Shown in pieces: positions 13,291-23,230 of a stretch of DNA of 64,000 bases. The DNA is from Carcharhinus longimanus (Eukaryota): positions 19,575,462 to 19,639,461 of the forward strand of contig JASCQW010000137.1 in the NCBI GenBank assembly GCA_030264375.1. Direction: 5' to 3'. The position numbers and the translations under genes are program-made. The first letter of the stretch is position 1, and each line of letters starts with the position of its first letter. A model generated the notes under the pieces. It searched no databases, was not told the origin of the DNA, and was given only the letters and a program-made list of their open reading frames with translations.

Positions 13291-13489
13291 GTAGGACAAT
13301 CAGGGAAATTCAGGAACTATTCTAAACATTGAAAGTAAACAAGTATTAAGTAAACAAAGCAACAGTTGGTGGTTGACTTACTAATGAATATAGTCAAGGA
13401 AAGAAGTCAAATAGTGACAGAGTAACTTTGTTCCCACGTGGATATACACTAAAACATGTTTTCTGAACTTCCATATTGGCAAGAACCAT

Positions 13490-13616
13490 GGGTGGGATTT
13501 TATGGTCTCGCTCGTCCCAAAACTGTAAAATCCCATCTGCGATCAACAAACCTTCGCATGGAACATCTCTCGCTCGCTACAATTCCCACAGTGGGCAAGG
13601 TAGTAAAATTCTGGCC
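13490..13616. mobile_element. ~127-bp Harbinger-type MITE
   Basis: TIRs GGGTGGGATTTTA / TAAAATTCTGGCC flanked by a 3-bp TSD CAT (13487-89, 13617-19). Confidence 0.75.
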
Positions 13617-13704
13617 CATAGGTGAGTAAAGTGCAAATCTGAAAAGCTCATAAGACACAAGTACAAATAACTGAATAACCATTTTCTGCGCTAAATTTCA
13701 CTGA

Positions 13705-13756
13705 TTAGAACATAGAACATAGAACATAGAACACTACAGCGCAGAACAGGCCCTTC
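13705..13756 (-). mobile_element. CR1 3' tail running into a gap
   Basis: (AGAACAT)3 followed by acagcgcagaacaggcccttc. Confidence 0.7.
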
Positions 13757-14067
13757 NNNNNNNNNNNNNNNNNNNNNNNNNNNNNNNNNNNNNNNNNNNN
13801 NNNNNNNNNNNNNNNNNNNNNNNNNNNNNNNNNNNNNNNNNNNNNNNNNNNNNNNNNNNNNNNNNNNNNNNNNNNNNNNNNNNNNNNNNNNNNNNNNNNN
13901 NNNNNNNNNNNNNNNNNNNNNNNNNNNNNNNNNNNNNNNNNNNNNNNNNNNNNNNNNNNNNNNNNNNNNNNNNNNNNNNNNNNNNNNNNNNNNNNNNNNN
14001 NNNNNNNNNNNNNNNNNNNNNNNNNNNNNNNNTTCTGATTCTAACTGGCTAATTAAAAGAATTAAGA

Positions 14068-14201
14068 AGCTTTGATAAAGGGTCATTTGGACTTAAAACA
14101 TCGGTCCTTTTCTCTCCTTACAGATGCTGCCAGACTTGTTGAGATTTTCCAGCATTTTCTCTTTTCATTTCAGATTCTAGCATCCGCAGTAATTTGCTTT
14201 T
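14068..14201 (+). mobile_element. Penelope-like repeat fragment
   Basis: tttgataaagggtcatttggacttaaaac...cagatgctgccagac...gcatccgcagtaatttgctttt. Confidence 0.65.
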
Positions 14202-14240
14202 AATTGGAATAATTCTCCCACTTTTCAGTTGTTACAGGGC

Positions 14241-15069
14241 TGTTACGATGGTTTTCTTAGTGTATTTAAAACTACTGTTCCCCTCAAGTAGACAGATAAA
14301 GTCACAGAGTGATTTCAAGATGATTTATTAAAAGAAGACCAAAGCAATAGGACTCCGAATGAAGTCATTCAGACCATTCAAAGTGAAAAATTCGAAACAC
14401 ATAAACAATTATAGTTTCAAGTCCAATTACAAGTAATTAGAACATATCAATAAGAGAATAGGAGTTATTTTTAACCAAACATAGTTATGAATTGAGGCTA
14501 CAACATATAAAAGTACAGTTTTTAAAACCAATCACAATTGCCTTACACTTGCTTAACTATAATATCAGTTGACGTAAGGTTTTTACTTGCCTCAATTGAG
14601 TATTGTTTTCCACTATCTTTTACGCATCCCAGCTGTGTCTGGGTATTAAACATGAATCATTACCTTGTTCAATGCATGATTTAAAGGCCTTCTCTCAGCA
14701 TTGTATCTTTCTCTCTTCCTTATCTGAAGGTTAGGTGTCTGGAACTAGCTGCTTACTATCCTGTATTTAAACATTGTGTAGGCTTTTGTTATTTGTCTCT
14801 GTTAATTGTTTTAGTGGACACAGTCATTAATATGACTATTATTTTCTCCATAGTTATCAGTATGGGTATTAATCTCCCTCATCAACCACTGTGTTTAAAT
14901 ATTTCCCATATTAAAGGGTGTTATAAGGTTTATTTATGCTGATTTCCTATCATCCAGTGCTCCCTTAAATTTTTACTGTTTTGTCAGGTATTGAATCCTT
15001 AAAACTTAACCAGAATGGGTAAACTATGTGGATTATCTTGTCTCCTTTAGGGGTTCAGGAACAATAACA
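14241..15069. mobile_element. Possible solo LTR
   Basis: Begins TGTTA and ends TAACA; TTTATT near the left end suggests a minus-strand polyA signal; no clean TSD. Confidence 0.35.
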
Positions 15070-15396
15070 TGTGCTATATATAGTCACCCATTGAGTAAAA
15101 TAAACTGGAGTGTGAGGAAGCACCATTAAAGTCAATATTCACATACAATATATTCAGGATGGTCTAACTATTAGGGAGAATTTGGGAACCCAAGCAGTAA
15201 TCAATCCAAAGATGGGTCCTTGAAAAGCATAACATTGCTAAATCCTAAAGCACTTACATTCATTGCTGCAGATCCAGAAGTGGAAAAGGCACTGGAAAGG
15301 ATCAAGGGAAGCAAGTAGATCATGGATTTCACCATATTTCAATGTAAATAAATTCTGCATATTATTACATTTAGAGAGTAGTTGCTTAAATCTATG

Positions 15397-15441
15397 ATCA
15401 CCAGCCTTTTGGCTTATCGTATCAAGTGTCTGGTTCTTATT
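15397..15441 (+). pseudogene. Degenerate 5' fragment of U2 snRNA
   Basis: Three collinear exact blocks of the U2 5' end: GCCTTTTGGCT (15404-14), ATCAAGTGT (15421-29), GTTCTTAT (15433-40). Confidence 0.55.
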
Positions 15442-15509
15442 TAAAAGTAGAGCTACTGAGGAAAAATGTTATTGCTTAATATGGATAAAAGGGAACGTTA
15501 GGTAATTGA

Positions 15510-15705
15510 CACAATAACAGCAAATGCTGGAAAAGCTTAGCAGGTCTGACAGCACCTGTGGGGAGACAATAGAGCCATCGTTCGACTCTAGATGATCCTT
15601 CATCAGAGCTGTCTGTGGGGAGAGAATAGAGCCAACATTTCGAGTCTAGATGACACTTCATTAGAGCCGTCCAGCTTCCAGCATCTGCAGTATTTTGCTT
15701 TTATA
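15510..15705 (-). mobile_element. Penelope-derived element with tandem minimal hammerhead-like motifs
   Basis: Two ~55-bp direct copies (15556-15609, 15613-15667) reading CTGATGA..GAAC and CTAATGA..GAAA on the minus strand. Confidence 0.7.
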
Positions 15706-16157
15706 TTAGGTAATTGAGTATTATATGGATGAATGTGTCTTTAAGGAAAAGCTCGTGTCACCTCTTAGGTCAACATGGCTCAAGTAAAGGATACAAGTAA
15801 CACCATATCTTATAGAACAATTAAAATAAATTGATTGAACCCACGGCGCAAAGGAAGAGGCTTGGCAACGCAGCTATCCCACATTCTTTGGGTGAAAAAA
15901 TGTGTTCAGGATGTTGCTTGCTTATTTGCCTGCTTGTTAATTTGTTTCTTTATGTATTTGTAAGTAATTCATAAGATCCCTGTCCAGTTTTTGACTGCGG
16001 AGAAAGTTTAAGTAATGTTAACCATATTCTCTTTCTGTTTAATTTGAGGGCCTACTTCTCTAATGCTGACAGTGAATTATTTCATAAAAGCACAAATCTG
16101 TATTCCAATTGCTGAACTAAATGTACTCTGTCTTCTTCCCCTCTATGTGTGCATGTG

Positions 16158-17311
16158 TGTTGTAAGAATTGTCTCTATTGAGGATTGAATTAAGGGTTTA
16201 TGAGTGGATTATATTGAGAGTGTGACTGTTCAAATGATTCTCTGTGAGGAGATTGACATTGTCGAATGAATTTGTGTACAATAGTTTGGAAGAATCTTTT
16301 ACCTTTATTTCGATGTACTGTAAAGAAAACATTAGTGTATAAAGTATAAGCAAAGATAAGAATTAAGAGAGATAATACGATTAGATACATAATTTGGTTT
16401 GTTTCAGAGGCATTTTCATATTTTGGGGGGAGGAGGTGATCTAACTGTTTCTATTCTGGATTATATTAAGGGTTAAGAAGAATTTTGGTTTCAATTTAAG
16501 CTGAATTGGGCTTTATGTTTGGTTGGTTTAGAATGCCTGTGTGTTTTCAAACAATGTTTGGACTTTAGAGCCTAGTGAGAGGTTCTTAGAAGCAAGAAAC
16601 CCCTGAAGTTGTGATGGAGAAAAATGGCAACTGAGTTATGCTCTGCTACAAAAGGAAAACTTGTTGCTTTTTTAAGAAATAAAATAATGTAATAAAAGCT
16701 GACCTGGAAGCTGCAGACATCCAGTCTGTTGTGCTTAACCAGAGAACTCAGTCTTGTCTGTTAAGAGAGAAAAAGGACTTCTAGAGAACTGAATAGGACC
16801 AAGCTCAGGAAAGAGGCAAAGTCTAGCAACAGAATGGGCACCAATGGAGTGTCTATGTGTGTCAGGCGGGTTGTGATGTTTAACCATCAATGATGCCTAT
16901 ACTTGGACCAGGAGTTCATATTGGTAGAAAGATACCATAGATCTGAGCTGTGGCCTGTGCAGCCAAATGCCTCCCGGACTATGAATGTTTAAAAGTCTAT
17001 CGGAGTGAAAGCCAAAGTAAAAAGTTAAGCTGGATTAAACCTGTTGAATTGAGTTGAAGGTAGAAGTTCATATTGTTTAGAATCATTGATGTATTTGTTC
17101 AGTGTTCCTTTTTATTCATTATTGCTTATTTGTTTTGTTGACGATTGCATGGCAAAGATTATTTCAATGCGTCAGTTTAATCTTGGAGACCTGATACATA
17201 TTTCCTTACACTTGGGTCTTCCATGCGTTACATTCTTTAAATGATTATGGCCCATCAAGCCAGTATATAAGTATTAGGCTTTCCAGTATTCTCATAGCCA
17301 GAGTCACAACA
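16158..17311. mobile_element. Solo LTR (~1.15 kb)
   Basis: Termini TGTTGTAA / TCACAACA (7 of 8 inverted match) with near-TSD ATGTG / ATGTC. Confidence 0.6.
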
Positions 17312-17385
17312 ATGTCCTTGACTTTTATTGAATCAATTTCCACTTCAGTATTCACAACAGAATGCTACTCAGATCAGACCCTCCA

Positions 17386-17425
17386 TGTGTACATGTGTGT
17401 GTGTGTGTGTGTATGTGTGTACACA
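17386..17425. repeat. (TG)n microsatellite
   Basis: Visible imperfect TG run. Confidence 0.9.
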
Positions 17426-17532
17426 TATAATTCATGTTATCACGGATCTTGGTTACACTTTTTGTCAACATTTAACATTAAAACCACTAACGTAAAACAT
17501 TTAGAATTAATGAAATACTACATTATATTACA

Positions 17533-18470
17533 GGGGCTATTCTCCGACCCCGCCGTGGCATTAGTAGATTGTATCAAACCCAGGGAATAGCATGCAGATC
17601 TTAAAGTCCATTTTGCAACCAGTGCCAGTTTATGAGCCTCTTGGCCCCTTCCTAATGGCATGAACTGGATCACACCCAGAAAGGGCGCAAGACTGACAGC
17701 TTATTTAAAGTAGCATTTACATATGCAAAGCCCATTCAAATCACAGCGCGCGGACTTTACCAGCCTTCGGATGCAATAATGGACAGAATCACTACTGGTC
17801 ATACTGGGGAGATTCAGAGACCACTGAAGCCCCCTGGGTGTTTGGGGGCATGGCCGGTGGTGCCCATCTAGCAGGGCCCAATTGGCACACTGGCTTTGCC
17901 TCACTGGCATACTGGTGATCTCCAGCAGTGGCCATAGGACACCCTAAAGTGGCTACCAGACAGCCTGGCAGTGCCAGTTGGGTACCATCATGGGTAGCTA
18001 CAAATGGGGGGGGCTCTGACAGGAATGTCATGAAGGCAGTTTTGATGGGGTGCACATCAGTGGTCCTGATTGGAGGTGGGAGGCATGTCAGGGGTTGGGC
18101 AGGGGACCCATTGAAGCTCCCGATGCCCTGATATTGGTGATCCAGTTGGGGGCAGGAGGGGGTGGGGTAGATGAATTTGCTACCGATGAGGAGGAGGTGG
18201 TCCTGATTCCATGGAATGAGGAGGGGATCTCCCAATGCACTCTGAGATCAGGGCACCCTTTTGAAACAGCGCCTGAGCACTCAGAAGCTGGCCTCACCAG
18301 CGTGTTTAGGCTTTGCTCCCCCAGTGCTGGTGGAAAACTCCCAACTCTCCAAAGAAGTGAGTGAGTATGCAAGGATTGTGGTTGCGGAGCTTGCCTGAGA
18401 GACTGATATGGATCACTCTATTATTCTTGCCCTTCTGACACTTCGAATTTTTTTTGTGAAAATTCCGCCC
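17533..18470. mobile_element. Harbinger-type non-autonomous element
   Basis: Termini GGGGCTATTCTCC / GAAAATTCCGCCC, related to the other MITE TIRs; GC-rich interior. Confidence 0.6.
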
Positions 18471-18576
18471 AAATGTACTTGTAAACATTTGCTTGTAACA
18501 ATATAGTTGCACTTTCTTGCTAGTACAAGGCTCTGTGAAATAAGTTTCTGAAATCTGCTTCCACTCCATAGGACAC

Positions 18577-18802
18577 AAGAACAGCTTCTTCCCTGCTGCT
18601 GTCAGACTTTTGAATGGGTTTACTTTGCATTAAGTTGATCTTTCTCTACACCCTAGCTAAGGCTGTAACACTAGATTCTGCACTCTCTCATTTCCTTCTC
18701 TATAAACAGTATGTTTTGTCTGTACAGCATGCAAGAAACAATACTTTTGACTGTATGTTAATACATGTGACAATAATAAACCAAATCAAATCAAAATCAA
18801 AA
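18577..18802 (+). mobile_element. Rex1-type LINE 3' end
   Basis: Near copy of 245-460 with (TCAAA)n tail. Confidence 0.85.
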
Positions 18803-18834
18803 AAATCATTAAAACAACAATTTGTGTATATAAT

Positions 18835-19043
18835 GGCCAGAATTCTCTGGCTGCTTATGCCAGCGGGATGCTCTGGTCCCGCTGGCAGTGCACCCCTGGC
18901 TGTGTGTTTCCTTGCAGCATGGAGTGCCTTCATTGGGAAATCCCCTCTACAACGGTGGAACTAGAGAAGCCCACTGCCAGTGAATGGCATGCTGCCTTCC
19001 ACTGCCGAGAAACACACGGCTGGGAAACCGGAGAATCCCACCC
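18835..19043. mobile_element. Harbinger-type MITE
   Basis: TIRs GGCCAGAATTCTC / GAGAATCCCACCC. Confidence 0.65.
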
Positions 19044-19045
19044 CT

Positions 19046-19311
19046 TGTAACATAAGGATCTGGCACATATGGGTTAATATGGGACTGAATATAGTACTAT
19101 CCACATAGTGATGTAAGAGTGCAAATGAAGTGCCTCCAAGATCATTGTGATGTTGGACAGAACTGTATGCAGACCTAACCTTGGAAACAGCTCTTAGCTT
19201 GAATCCTTTCCTCTATGTTTGCAAATAGTTCTAGTCTAGTAGTCAGCAAAGACGTGCAACTAACCTGCTAAACACTCTGAAGACTTTATCAAGCCTATTT
19301 TGCACACTACA
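19046..19311. mobile_element. Possible short solo LTR
   Basis: TGTA...TACA termini, ~265 bp; TSD not evident. Confidence 0.3.
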
Positions 19312-19314
19312 CAG

Positions 19315-19800
19315 AGCATTTTTAACACAGAAAAACACCCCAATGTGCTTGACAGTGGTGCAGTTAGAAAAAAATTGGATGTTAAACATGTTCAAAAAGG
19401 GTGGATTTTACAGACGATCTTAAAGGAAAAGGATGGCAGAGACAGAGGGGTGTAGTCAACTAATGTCCTCCAGTAGTCAACTGAAAGAAGGTAGGATCAG
19501 AGAAACAGAGTATTTGGGAATAGGATTATGAGGGTGGAAGAGATTCTAGACATAGATAGGGCAAAACCATAGAGGGATTTATATATGAGGATCAGAATTT
19601 AAAATTGGAGGCTGGTAAAGCTGATATGTGAACAGCATTTGGTGTGAGCTATTTTGAATGACCTGAAATTTACAGAGGATGAAGGATAGAAATTAGTGTG
19701 GAGCACATTGAAATTTGAAAATGACAAATGAATGGATGGGGTGTTAAGAAGCTGGTGACCTGAAGTAAGGGAGGAGGCGAGTAATGTTATGGAAGTCCAT
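19315..19800 (-). mobile_element. Old L2-like LINE 3' fragment
   Basis: Degenerate motifs such as gcaaaaccatagagggatttatatatgaggatcagaatttaaa. Confidence 0.45.
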
Positions 19801-20007
19801 AATTTGTTTGCTGTTCTAGTTGAAGGCGAGAGCGTGGAGACATTTGTGTGGAAGTCAGAGCTTACTTTTGCTCACCAAAATGATCTTGGAATAGTGGGTA
19901 GCTTTCACAGAGGAGAGTGAGGTCACACTCAATGTCACCCAACCAGATCTGATGTATACTAATACATCATTAGAATACTAGTACATGTGACAATTATAAA
20001 GCAAACC

Positions 20008-20712
20008 AGGTGTGTGTGCAAGCTGCATGTGTGTATGTATGGTGTGCAGTGTTCATACTCTGGTGTGTGTGCATGCTTCATGTGAATGGTGTGCAGGTTC
20101 ATATTGAAGTGTGTATGTGTTTTGCACGTGTATGGTGTGCAGGTATTGAAGTGTGTGCATGCTATGTGTGTGTGGTGTGCATGCTGCAAGTGTATATGGT
20201 GTGCAGATATTGAAATATAGGTGCATGTTGTGCAGGATTCATATTGAAGTATATGTGCAGGGTTCATATTGAGGTGTGTGCATGCTGCATGTACATGATG
20301 TGTAGAGTTCATATTGAGTTGCATGTGCATGCTTCATGTGTATGGTGTGCAGGTTTTGAGATGTGTGCACATGCTGTGTAGGGTTCATATTGAGGTGTAT
20401 GCATGCTGCATGTGTATGGTGTGCAGGGTTCATATTGAGTTGTGTGCATGCTGCGTGTTATGGTGTGCAGGGCTCATATTGAGGTGTGTGTGCATTCTGC
20501 ATGTATATGGTATGCAGGTATTGAAATGTGTGCATGCTGTGCAGGGTTCATATTGAGGTGTGTGCATGCTGTGCAGTGTTCATATTGAGGTGTGTGTGCA
20601 TGCTGCATGTGTATGCTGTGCAGGGTTTATATTGAGGTGTGTGTGCATGCTGCATGTGTATGGTGTGCAGGGTTCATATTGAGGTGCGTGTGTATGCTGC
20701 ATGTGTATGGTG
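20008..20712. repeat. Degenerate minisatellite, unit ~47 bp, about 15-16 copies
   Basis: Consensus approximately gtgcagggttcatattgaggtgtgtgtgcatgctgcatgtgtatggt, repeated. Confidence 0.9.
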
Positions 20713-20825
20713 TCCCCGTGTAGGTTCCAATGTGCACACAGCAGCAGGAGCTGGTGTGTAACATTTGCAGTGGCTGATTTGTGGTTGCTGCCCCTCCCCC
20801 ACCCGCAGTCCAGAGCGAGGCGGAT

Positions 20826-20833
20826 TGACGTCA
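20826..20833. promoter_or_regulatory. Palindromic cAMP response element (CRE)
   Basis: TGACGTCA within the CpG island upstream of the ATG. Confidence 0.75.
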
Positions 20834-21288
20834 GCAGCGCGGCTGGTTTCCGGTGGGGGTGACAGTGACTGAGGGAACTGCTCCTGTCGCAGCCGTTTCC
20901 AAACAGGCCTGCCAACGGACAGTTGCCGTCAGCTCGGCTTCGCCTCATCCGTTAAGCGGCGGAGGATCAGCCCCCCCCCCCGAACCCCGGTGGGGCCGTC
21001 NNNNNNNNNNNNNNNNNNNNNNNNNNNNNNNNNNNNNNNNNNNNNNNNNNNNNNNNNNNNNNNNNNNNNNNNNNNNNNNNNNNNNNNNNNNNNNNNNNNN
21101 CGGCGGAGGATCAGCCCCCCCCCCCCCCGATCCCCGGTTGGGCCGTCTTTATTTTTCTTCATATTATTTTTTTCGGGCGGAGAGTTTGGTGTCGCTCGGC
21201 TCGGCCGGGTGCCGGGTGAACTCGCCGTCGACAGTTTCTCCGGCCTATTTTTTTCTCTCTCTCCGAAGCGTCGACTGGGCGGCTTAAG

Positions 21289-21465
21289 ATGGCGGCGGCG
21301 GCGGGCAGCAGCGGGGAAGAAGAGCGCAGCCTGCGAGAGTGCGAGCAGTATGTCCACAAGCACAACATCCAGCAGGTCCTCAAGGACTGCATCGTGCAGC
21401 TCTGCATCGCCAGGCCCGAGAAACCCATCACCTACCTCAGGGAGTACTTCGAGAAACTCGAGAAA
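21289..21465 (+). CDS. PRKAR1A: PKA RI-alpha coding exon 1 (dimerization/docking domain)
   Basis: [59 protein letters not shown]; 177 nt; donor GTGAGT. Confidence 0.97.
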
Positions 21466-21537
21466 GTGAGTTTTAGGAGGGCGGCGGGCTTCATTTTTCT
21501 CCAAAGGAAACATGGAGTGGCCTTGTTTATGTCGGGG

Positions 21538-21650
21538 ATTTGATTTGATTTATTATTTGCATTGGGATACAGTGAAAAGTATTGTTTCTTGTGCGCTATA
21601 TTGACAAAACATACCGTTCATAGAGAAGAAAAGGAGAGAATCCAGAATCT
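21538..21650 (-). mobile_element. Rex1-type LINE 3' tail in intron 1
   Basis: (ATTTG)n followed by acagtgaaaagtattgtttcttgtgcgctata. Confidence 0.8.
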
Positions 21651-22639
21651 AGGTTTGAGGGTAAAACAATAATTGCCTCAGGAGTGTTAGGAACATCATG
21701 GTGTGGGATGATTGATGGAGATCCAATTTTAATGCCGACATTGGTGGGGGGGGGAGTGTCTCGTATATCTCGATGCATACATTTGTTGAGCCAGTTTGCG
21801 AAACAGAAACAAAGTGAAACCCTCGTTAAATCATTAACAGTGGACCATTGGCTGCTTCAACGTTTCTACGCTTGCATCCTGAAAAACATTTAAGGTGAAT
21901 ACATTCGGAAAAGTTAATATGATAACGCTGCCGCCCCCCCCCCCGCCCTTTTGAGAGCCCTCAGTCCATAGGAACTAAGTGCAGAAGTATGCATTCAATG
22001 CAACTCTTTTCTGTTTCTGAATCGCTCATTGATCTACAATAGTGGCCAGAGATTTGCATCAAATACAATGGAACATTGCATTTGAGGATCGTTGGTGAGT
22101 GAGTCATTGAAGTCAGGACTTTAAATAACTCATTAACTGTAGAAGTATAATTAAACCACTTTGTGTAATCCTGTGATTTAACAGTATTTTATTGGGATAT
22201 TATTCATTTCTATGCAGTCATAATCAGAATTTCCTCCTGTGACTTATCTTCCTGCCTCCCCACAGTATACCTTTTTAGAGTTCCCCCAAGGATCTATTCA
22301 TGACCCATCTTATTTCAGATCTACACACTTCCCCTTGTTAACATCATCTATGACATTAGGCTTTATATATACCTCTATCTCTTGACCACTGTGAGATCAG
22401 GTTGTACGGCTGGATGTTATCTAGCGAACGTATACGGATAAATCCTTGGGAATTTGAAATGTGCTGCAGGGGCAGGAAAAAAATGAGGAAATTCTGACTG
22501 AATAATGAGTTCATGGATAACTCCAATTTATTAGAATTATTCAAATCCTGTTAAAAGCACAAGACAGTATTTTAACTATGCTTCCATGACTCGAGAGCTA
22601 TGTAGCAGTCCTGACATTCAATCACTCATTCACCAAAGG

Positions 22640-23230
22640 CCCTTGTATGCAACATTTCATTTATTCTGTAACCTTTCCATCATCTACATCACACAAATCA
22701 GGAGTGTTATGGAATATTCTCCACTTNNNNNNNNNNNNNNNNNNNNNNNNNNNNNNNNNNNNNNNNNNNNNNNNNNNNNNNNNNNNNNNNNNNNNNNNNN
22801 NNNNNNNNNNNNNNNNNNNNNNNNNNATCAGGAGTGTTATGGAATATTCTCCACTTGACTGAGTTAATGTCCCTTCAAAAAATACTCAAATCTCAACCAA
22901 TTCAGGACAAAACAGTCCACCATCACCTTAAACATTCATACCTTTGCCACTCATGTTGCAGTGTTACCATCTGCAACGTGCCAAGACTTCTTTGACAACC
23001 CCTTCCAAACCTATGACCTTTACCATTGAGAAGAAGGACATGGGCAGCAGGTGCATGAGAACACCACCAACTGCAAGTTCTGCTTTAAGTAATGCACCGT
23101 ATTGGAAATATATCTGTTACTTCAATGTGGTTGGGTCAAATTCATGTATCGTTACTTGTCAGTAGAATGGGAGTACCTTCACATGGATTGCAGTGTTACA
23201 CTTCGTCTTAAAAGGTGGCATTCCCCAATT
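22640..23230 (+). mobile_element. 3' part of the CR1-like LINE family seen at 39877-42861
   Basis: LSIIYITQIRSVMEYSPL RT C-terminal motif. Confidence 0.65.

Larger units (their letters stand above)
20785..21500 (+). promoter_or_regulatory. CpG island / PRKAR1A promoter region
   Basis: Only CpG-dense segment in the window; GC-box-like cccctcccccaccc; YY1-type AAGATGGCGGC over the ATG. Confidence 0.85.

Noticed and set aside
19959-20556. His/Cys-rich ORFs and a CRISPR-like look
   Set aside because: Translation of a minisatellite; no unique spacers; eukaryotic context
1-20800. Exons of the expected upstream neighbour WIPI1
   Set aside because: No FSFNQDCT-like exon or second CpG island found by eye
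20580-21513. Antisense and alternative-frame ORFs around exon 1
   Set aside because: Stop-poor GC-rich island and gap artefacts; no recognisable protein
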